A DNA stretch of 38,579 bases from a virus (taxonomy: Duplodnaviria; Caudoviricetes), in the IMG/VR virus record IMGVR_UViG_3300033512_000249, positions 1-38,579 of that record; one strand, written 5' to 3'. Numbering within the stretch: the stretch's first letter is position 1; every line of letters starts with the position of its first letter. The notes beneath the pieces were generated by a model. That model saw nothing but the letters and a program-made list of their open reading frames with translations. It was not told the origin of the DNA and ran no database searches. A program made the position numbers and the translations under genes. Below are positions 32,331-38,579 of this stretch, in pieces.

Positions 32331-32364
32331 AGAGACGTAAAATTTTATTTACTTATCTGTCCAA

Positions 32365-32523
32365 ATGACAAACAGAAACCAAAAGCTACAGATCTCAAAG
32401 CAAGCAATAGAAAATGTAAGGATAAAAAGACTCCAAGAGGAGAACGCAAGAGAAGAGAAAAGAAGAAACCAAGTATTGGAGATAGAAGATAGTTTGCAAG
32501 TAGGAATGTACTCAACAAAATAA
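32365..32523 (+). CDS. Hypothetical protein (52 aa)
   Basis: First ORF after the promoter. Confidence 0.6.
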   Translation: MTNRNQKLQISKQAIENVRIKRLQEENAREEKRRNQVLEIEDSLQVGMYSTK

Positions 32524-32546
32524 CTTTTTATTTATTTATAAATCGC

Positions 32547-32915
32547 ATGAAAAAAATTACTATTGATTGAGAAGTTTATGTTTTGGAGAAAGACATGCCG
32601 AAACAAAACACTTTAGCAAAAAAGAAAAAAGATATGGAATATGTAATAGTGAGAACGTATTCAGCATGAGTATTCGCTTGATACTTAGAAAGTAGAAAGT
32701 GACAAGAAGTGGTATTGAGAAATGCAAGAAGGTTGCGATACCGAGATTGAGCTGCCTCATTAAGCCAACTTTCTACTGAGTGAGTATCCAAACCACAAAA
32801 CTGCAAATTTCCTTGTGAGGTTGACATCGTAGAGTTGCTACAATGTATAGAGGTTTTGAAAGTCACTGAGAAAGCAAAAGCAAGTATCGACTCAGTAAAA
32901 GAACGAAAAATGTAA
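32547..32915 (+). CDS. DUF6948-like protein (122 aa)
   Basis: YVIVRTYSAGVFAGYL..ARRLWYWDGAASLSQL..GV.KPQNCKFP. Confidence 0.88.
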
Positions 32916-32937
32916 TTTATATTTTAATTTTTATAAG

Positions 32938-33156
32938 ATGAGTGAGAAAGTACAATCTGGCTATGGCTATGGCGATGGCTCTGGCTCTGGCTCTGGCGAT
33001 GGCTATGGCGATGGCTCTGGCTCTGGCTCTGGCTATGGCTCTGGCTATGGCGATGGCTATGGCGATGGCTATGGCTCTGGCTCTGTCTCTGTCTCTGGCT
33101 ATGGCTCTGGCTATGGCTCTGGCTATGGCGATGGCTATGGCTCTGGCTATGGCTAA
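32938..33156 (+). CDS. Gly-Tyr/Ser/Asp repeat protein (72 aa)
   Basis: GGC(TAT/TCT/GAT) hexamer repeats; usual neighbour of DUF6948-like genes. Confidence 0.75.
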   Translation: MSEKVQSGYGYGDGSGSGSGDGYGDGSGSGSGYGSGYGDGYGDGYGSGSVSVSGYGSGYGSGYGDGYGSGYG

Positions 33157-33186
33157 AATAAACTTTTAAAATCTAAATAAAATCTA

Positions 33187-33540
33187 ATGAAACAAATTCT
33201 AAAGAAACGAGGTGTATATCTAATCGGTTGAATTATAGTGGTTTTTATTGGAGTATGAATAGCAATGGCAGTAAATAGAGATCCAGATCAAATAGCATTA
33301 CAGAAACTAGAAAACGCGACAAGAGATAAATTAGAAGAACAAATACTCTTGAGTAATAAGAAAGCAGAGCAAGAAATGGAGCTTATGCAGCTTAATATAG
33401 TCGCAGAAATAAAGGTAAATGAAGCACAAGAAGCTATATATAATTCAAATAAGAAACAAAAGGAATTGGAAGAACTATACAAATCACAAAAAGAACTATT
33501 TGAATCTATACAGTCAACAGGTTTTACAAAGATCCAGTAA
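33187..33540 (+). CDS. N-terminal TM plus coiled-coil protein (117 aa)
   Basis: MKQILKKWGVYLIGGIIVVFIGVGIAMAV then heptads. Confidence 0.75.
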
Positions 33541-33599
33541 GATCTAAAACTGCATTCAAAGAAGAAACCATCAAAGAGGTCAATCAATGAGTGAAGAAA

Positions 33600-33962
33600 A
33601 TGGTAGAAAATAAGAAAATCATACATAAAGGATACTCGACAGGAGATTATAGACAGGAAATTTATTCGAGGGCTTATCATATAGGTGGTGAAGCACTTAT
33701 GATATTGATAGAGTGCGAGAGTGCAGGGAAACCTTTGGCTGTAGGAGATAATGGAGATGCTTATTGATTATGCCAGATGAATTCTAACCGACATAAAATC
33801 CCAAAAGAATATTATCAAGATCGAGGATTCCAATTAAAGTATTGTAATGATAAAATGAAATGAGGCACAAAGTTCTATTGACTTACTAGACCACTATATA
33901 AAGAAGGAAAGTATATAGGTAAATGTCAGGATGTTGTATTAGGCCGTTTTATTATAAACTAA
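33600..33962 (+). CDS. Lytic transglycosylase (SLT/lysozyme-like) domain protein
   Basis: IECESAGKPLAVGDNGDAYGLCQ; frame is open upstream to 33453. Confidence 0.78.
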
Positions 33963-34251
33963 GTATAAAATGAAATATATATTTATCATAATGTTATGTA
34001 TTTTATTTATGTGAAGAGTAAACGCTGTCTTATACTGTGAGAAAGACAACCGATGATCTTATATTTGTAAGAGCATCACTACAAACCAATACAAAAGTAT
34101 AAATAATTGTAAAGAATTGTGCCTAGATGAATACGCATGGACAATAAACGAGAAAAGAGCAGTGATGTGTTTTAAAAAATGTGTAGACACCTGAGGTAAG
34201 TATGAGAAACATATAAAGAGATATTTTATAAACTAAGTATAAAATGAAATA
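33952..34251 (+). repeat. 26-bp direct repeats TTATAAACTAAGTATAAAATGAAATA at 33952-33977 and 34226-34251
   Basis: Exact copies flanking one gene. Confidence 0.85.
33970..34236 (+). CDS. Secreted Cys-rich protein (88 aa)
   Basis: Signal peptide MKYIFIIMLCILFMGRVNA; six Cys in the mature part. Confidence 0.65.
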
Positions 34252-34546
34252 CCCAACAAGAGAAGAAAAGATAAAAAAGATTTATAAAAAAATTTGATGA
34301 ATATATATTTGAACTGATAATTTAAATCGCATGATGTTTAAATGTATGATTTGAGATATTCTTCTATTTACATTTTCTGCATGATACAATATGGTTGTTG
34401 GTAATGTGTGAAAAATCATGTTTAATAAAGCATGAACAGCGGCTGCAGAGTGAAGCTATAGAGAATCACAACGGGAAAAACTAGAATCACCAATAGAAGA
34501 GCAATCAGATGAATGTGTAGACTTTATATTTTCACTTATACAATAA
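34244..34546 (+). CDS. Hypothetical protein (100 aa)
   Basis: Recoded ORF ending WEKLESPIEEQSDECVDFIFSLI. Confidence 0.65.
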
Positions 34547-34693
34547 ATGCTAACAATCTGTATAACTATATTTAAATTGTTATTCCCTACAGAGATTATT
34601 GATATTCAAAGTGTTCTTCCTATCACCGCATTTTTTGATATATCAACAATATACATTACGTATATAATCACAAAGATTATTGTTAGAAAATAA
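34547..34693 (+). CDS. Small hydrophobic protein (48 aa)
   Basis: ATG abuts the previous stop. Confidence 0.5.
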   Translation: MLTICITIFKLLFPTEIIDIQSVLPITAFFDISTIYITYIITKIIVRK

Positions 34694-34754
34694 AGACCGA
34701 ACAGAACAACAAAAGGAAGAACTAACAAGCTTTTTACTTTCTATATAAAGCACA

Positions 34755-34910
34755 ATGAAAAAATATAGGCATAAGAAAACATGATCTATTGCTACTTATT
34801 CAGAATTATGAGCGTACGAAGTAGAAGGACACCCGTTCAAAATATGATCAGTATTTATAGAAGATTCTCAAGATCGAGAAGAGATAGGACAAGAAGAACC
34901 TTTACTTTAA
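34755..34910 (+). CDS. Hypothetical protein (51 aa)
   Basis: MKKYRHKKTG..SQDWEE. Confidence 0.6.
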
Positions 34911-34922
34911 TAACAAAACAAA

Positions 34923-35198
34923 ATGACAGGGTTAATCCTACGAGCAACAGCAGCTCTTATATGAATGGACAACAAGATGGAGTGAGATTTCTATCCTTAT
35001 AAAAAATATGAAATACTAAACGAATCATATCAGAAATATAACGCAAAGAATCCTGAGAGGACAGAAGGTTTTGAAGGTATAGATACCACAAGCGAAGATC
35101 AATACTATTGAATTATCTTTTGCAACCAATCAGGAGCGTGTTTTATCGTTGCTTATAATCTAGAAAAGATGCAATGGATACGCATATGGTCAAAGTAA
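34923..35198 (+). CDS. Hypothetical protein (91 aa)
   Basis: Recoded ORF. Confidence 0.6.
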
Positions 35199-35226
35199 TT
35201 TATATTTTATATTATTATTTAAGTAA

Positions 35227-35403
35227 ATGGATTATTCTGTAACCGAAGAAGCAGAACAAGTGAAATTGATTACACCAGTGGGTTGTCATATAATGCACAA
35301 ATTAGATTGAATGGACGAACTTATAGAGCAGATAAAGGTGTTGAACAATACATTAAGTAAAGTTTGAAAAATGGTAGATACAATAAAGAGTCAAGGCAAA
35401 TAA
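35227..35403 (+). CDS. Hypothetical protein (58 aa)
   Basis: Recoded ORF. Confidence 0.55.
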
Positions 35404-35416
35404 GCTTATGTTTGTC

Positions 35417-35444
35417 TTGCAATATAGGCAATAGCGATTATAAA
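35417..35444 (+). promoter_or_regulatory. Promoter TTGCAA-N16-TATAAA
   Basis: Intergenic, same geometry. Confidence 0.55.
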
Positions 35445-35475
35445 CAAAGCAATATTTATCCATCTCAAAAGCAAT

Positions 35476-35970
35476 ATGGAATTTATAAAGATATGAAGAA
35501 AAGAAAAACTCCCCAATAAAGGATATGATTATAAAAAAGATAAACTAATAAAGAAATACGATCACCGAGAACTAAGAGAGCCGAGAGATCCATATAGCGA
35601 TATGAAAGATCACATAATACTACGACCAAAAGAAAAGTATAAGAGATTCTCAGATATACCACAACGACAACGAGGTAATCTAAGAATAATATGGGACTTA
35701 ATGTTAGATAATTGATTTAGACTATTTGTCAGATGATTCCCATACGCAAAAGCGTTAGAACCAGTATTACGTAAATTGATAAATGCTAAGTGAAAATGTG
35801 AACTAAATGAAGATGAATTATATATATTAGAGAGAGTGTTAGAGCAATTAGAATATTGTAATGATGAGGAGTGAGATATTATGTGAAACCCTCTAAATGA
35901 TAGATCAGTAATAGACTGCATCCACTTCCACTTCATAAAGGGGAAGAAGTTTGAATACTCTGTAGAATAG
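35476..35970 (+). CDS. HIT-like nucleotide hydrolase fold protein (164 aa)
   Basis: W....DPY....HIILWPK and N...RSV..IHFHFI; first triad His replaced. Confidence 0.55.
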
Positions 35971-36007
35971 ACAAAGTAACCATATTTTAATTTATAATCA
36001 AAAGCAA

Positions 36008-36349
36008 ATGAGACTATTAGCAAACACTAACTATGAAAATATAGAGATACAAGCGACGGACACAGAAGGAAGATATTATGTATCAATAAACGACAAACTA
36101 AATTTTGAGTTTATTAATTGAGAGTTTTTTCAAGAGTATGTCCCATCTAAAAAGATGCAAGAGATAATCAATGAAGGTAAGGCAAAAGAAAAAGGGTGAG
36201 CGACAAAAGAAGAAGTAGCCGTGCGACTTTCTCAACAAGAGAAAGAGAGTAAACGTATGTTCTCATACAAGATTATAACTAAAGATTGAGACCTATCAAA
36301 GATAGTGTCAAAGTACATAGAAGATAACAAACCCACATACGATCTATAA
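36008..36349 (+). CDS. Hypothetical protein (113 aa)
   Basis: Recoded ORF. Confidence 0.65.
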
Positions 36350-36376
36350 AAGTATTTACTATGTAAACAAAATACC

Positions 36377-36784
36377 ATGGCTAGACCATACCCTAAAAAT
36401 CCCAAGGGGGAACAAAAGTCACCTAAAAAAACAAAAGAGACAATAGGAAAGTTATTAGATGGGTTTAAAAGCGATTTTACCATATCAGAAGCATGTAGTT
36501 ACGCATGAATACATGTGAGTACATATCATGAACGGATAGATAAGGACAAACAACTTTCCAAAGAAATAGATAGCGCAAAGGAGTACTGCTTTCTATTGGC
36601 TAAGAACGCTGTGAGAAAATGACTCAATGAAGGTGATAAAGAATACTCACTCAAGCGATTAAAGAACAGACAGAATAAACTCTATAGCGAAAGGAATGCA
36701 GAATCAGAGAACAATATAAACATAACAATCAACGACATAAAGAGCATGAGCGATGAAGATCTTGCAAAATCTATTGATTTATAG
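36377..36784 (+). CDS. terS: Terminase small subunit (135 aa)
   Basis: MARP start; HTH TISEACSYAGIHVSTYHEW; KWLKNR; C-terminal MSDEDL. Confidence 0.8.
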
Positions 36785-36801
36785 AAAAAAACCCTTATAT
36801 G
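36774..36801 (+). promoter_or_regulatory. Possible promoter TTGATT-N16-TATATG for the tail/head operon
   Basis: Same geometry; weaker -10 box. Confidence 0.4.
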
Positions 36802-36853
36802 GGAGTTAACAGAACAATCGGAAGAACTCTGAGTTTATCAATAACCATAATTG

Positions 36854-37498
36854 ATGAGTACACTTACGGAGTTAAAAACAAAACTTAATGACGAATATAT
36901 TAAGATAGATCCGAACAATAAGATACGATCTTCTACAGAAAAGACCTCTTTCATAAACAGAGGTTTTTTGCAAATACAGAATGATTGACAATTTAGATGG
37001 AGAGAGAATCAAGCACTTAATACAATAACAACTGTTTGATGAAATAGAGAATACGCATTGCCTAGTGATTTCATCAGAGTAGACCAAATGACATACAACT
37101 GAAGTATCCTATACAAAATAAGTAAGGAGAGAGTAAGAGTCATGAATAGCACAAACACACAAGCCACTCCTAACAACTACTATATATATTGATCTTATGT
37201 AGGGTTTGATCCGATACCGAACACAACGCTAACAATACTTATGGACTACTTCAAGAGACTTCCAACGATAACAGATACCGTTGATTCGTCGCTTCCAGTA
37301 GCCTTTGATGATGCTATATGTTCTTATGCTGCGTATGTAGCATTGAACTCTATAGAGAAGCAAGGGAAGGCAATGATGATGTTAAATGACTACCAGCAGA
37401 ACCTATCAATGCTTTTGAACTCATATATATACGACGATATGAACATAAGCTTTTGACTGGATAGAGCAACAAATAGCTATAGGGATAATGTAATTTAA
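36854..37498 (+). CDS. Head-tail adaptor protein (214 aa)
   Basis: TLTELK..IWSSTEKTSFIN..EYALPSDF..GFDPIP..Y..LP; directly before the nozzle gene. Confidence 0.8.
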
Positions 37499-37526
37499 TT
37501 TCGATTTTATCTCAAATAAGTAAAGT

Positions 37527-38579
37527 ATGGCAGTAAAGCCCATCACAATAAATAATTTCAAAGGAGGGTTGAACCTAAGTACAACTTCAGATATTTGAGA
37601 CGATCAGTTTTCTATAGCAAAGAATATGTTTTACAACTCAAAGCAACAACTACAAACCAGATATTGAATAACTAATTTCTGAGCTGCTGTTGGTAGCAAC
37701 AATCCAGTGACATCATACCATTTCTTCCAAAGAGACGACACTGGAGCTATACAAGCGTTATGTGTAAGCTGAACAAACATGTACAAACTAGATAATACTG
37801 CACTCACACGATCAAGTATAAAGAGTTGACTCACTGAGTTCGAGACGGCTACAGGTAAAACAACTCGAAGAACAAGACGAGACTTCGCAGTATATAGGAA
37901 CATTGTATACGCTACTAACTGAGTAAATAGTTATGCTTCTTACAACTGAACTACATATACAGAGTATGCGACACAGCCAAAGTTTAGATATCTAAATATG
38001 ACTACCGATAGATTGTTTGGATCATGAGAAGACTTAAACCCAAGTACTGTATACTATACAGCATCCGCCCCAGCTGATGGATCTGATCTAGACAACAACA
38101 AAGTTGTTGTATGAGGTGATGAACTAGGAAGAATCAACTGAATGAACGAACTAGGTAACATCATACTTGTTATTAAGTCAAGCAAGATCTACAGCGTTAA
38201 CGTCACAGCATCTTCCGCTGAGCCTATAGATGCACAAACAGGAGGATTCAGCGATAGAACAATAGCTAATGTTTGAAACTCACTCGTTTATTTAACTGAG
38301 AGATGAATAGATACTCTTAAACCTAGAAGCTGAGTATCTTGAGCAGCGGCACTAGAAAGTGAACAGTTGGACATAAATGTAAGAGAACTAACCAAAAAGA
38401 TCGCAGAGTTAAGCCTTAACGCTAACTGTGCATTATACATAAAGAAGACAAACAACTATATGTTCTCGTTTGATACTACGGGAAATGACATACCAGACAC
38501 GACATTAGTCTACAACGCACTAACCAAATGATGGACTCAGTATACATACCCTAATATATACGACTATGGTGTATATATC
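37527..38579 (+). CDS. Tail nozzle / stabilisation protein, N-terminal part (519 aa in total with 1-648)
   Basis: INNFKGGLN..AKNM..TRYG start typical of podovirus beta-propeller nozzle proteins. Confidence 0.82.
38439..38579. repeat. Terminal repeat identical to 1-141
   Basis: Exact identity. Confidence 0.97.

Noticed and set aside
32942-33169. MAMALALA repeat ORF
   Set aside because: It is the alternative frame of the GGC-based Gly repeat; the G-Y-G frame fits the DUF6948 context.
38439-38579. Biological direct terminal repeat
   Set aside because: It is exactly 141 nt, falls mid-gene and matches a common assembler k-mer size. It indicates circularity, not virion ends.
1-38579. Massive pseudogenisation, TGA=Trp (code 4) or selenocysteine
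   Set aside because: TGA falls at conserved Gly positions and inside poly-Gly tracts, and ORFs tile the genome when it is read as Gly.

Overview
This is a complete circular dsDNA phage genome of about 38,438 bp. Bases 1-141 are identical to 38439-38579, which is an assembly overlap. The layout is podovirus-like (P22-type coat, portal, adaptor, nozzle, ejection proteins, no tape measure). The supplied code-11 ORF track is largely misleading. Genes read cleanly only with TGA=Gly plus CGA=Trp and CGG=Trp, the code reported for Absconditabacterales (SR1, CPR), which points to that host group. Re-read by hand, the modules are: terS, adaptor, nozzle, Gly-rich fibre and two ejection proteins; terL, portal, scaffold and capsid; adhesin/LamG proteins; holins and an M15 endolysin; a 21.4-25.0 kb control/accessory region; DUF6291 initiator, DnaB and NinG; ERF, exonuclease and SSB; and many small early genes. 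I recognise no integrase, cI-type repressor or polymerase. The control region instead holds an RHH gene, hicBA, tiny membrane peptides and a cluster of promoter/terminator-bounded structured non-coding RNAs, plus a pseudoknot leader on the initiator gene. About ten promoters share a TTG-start -35 box spaced 16 bp (not 17) from the -10 box. All translations and family calls are by eye; no database searches or folding programs were run.
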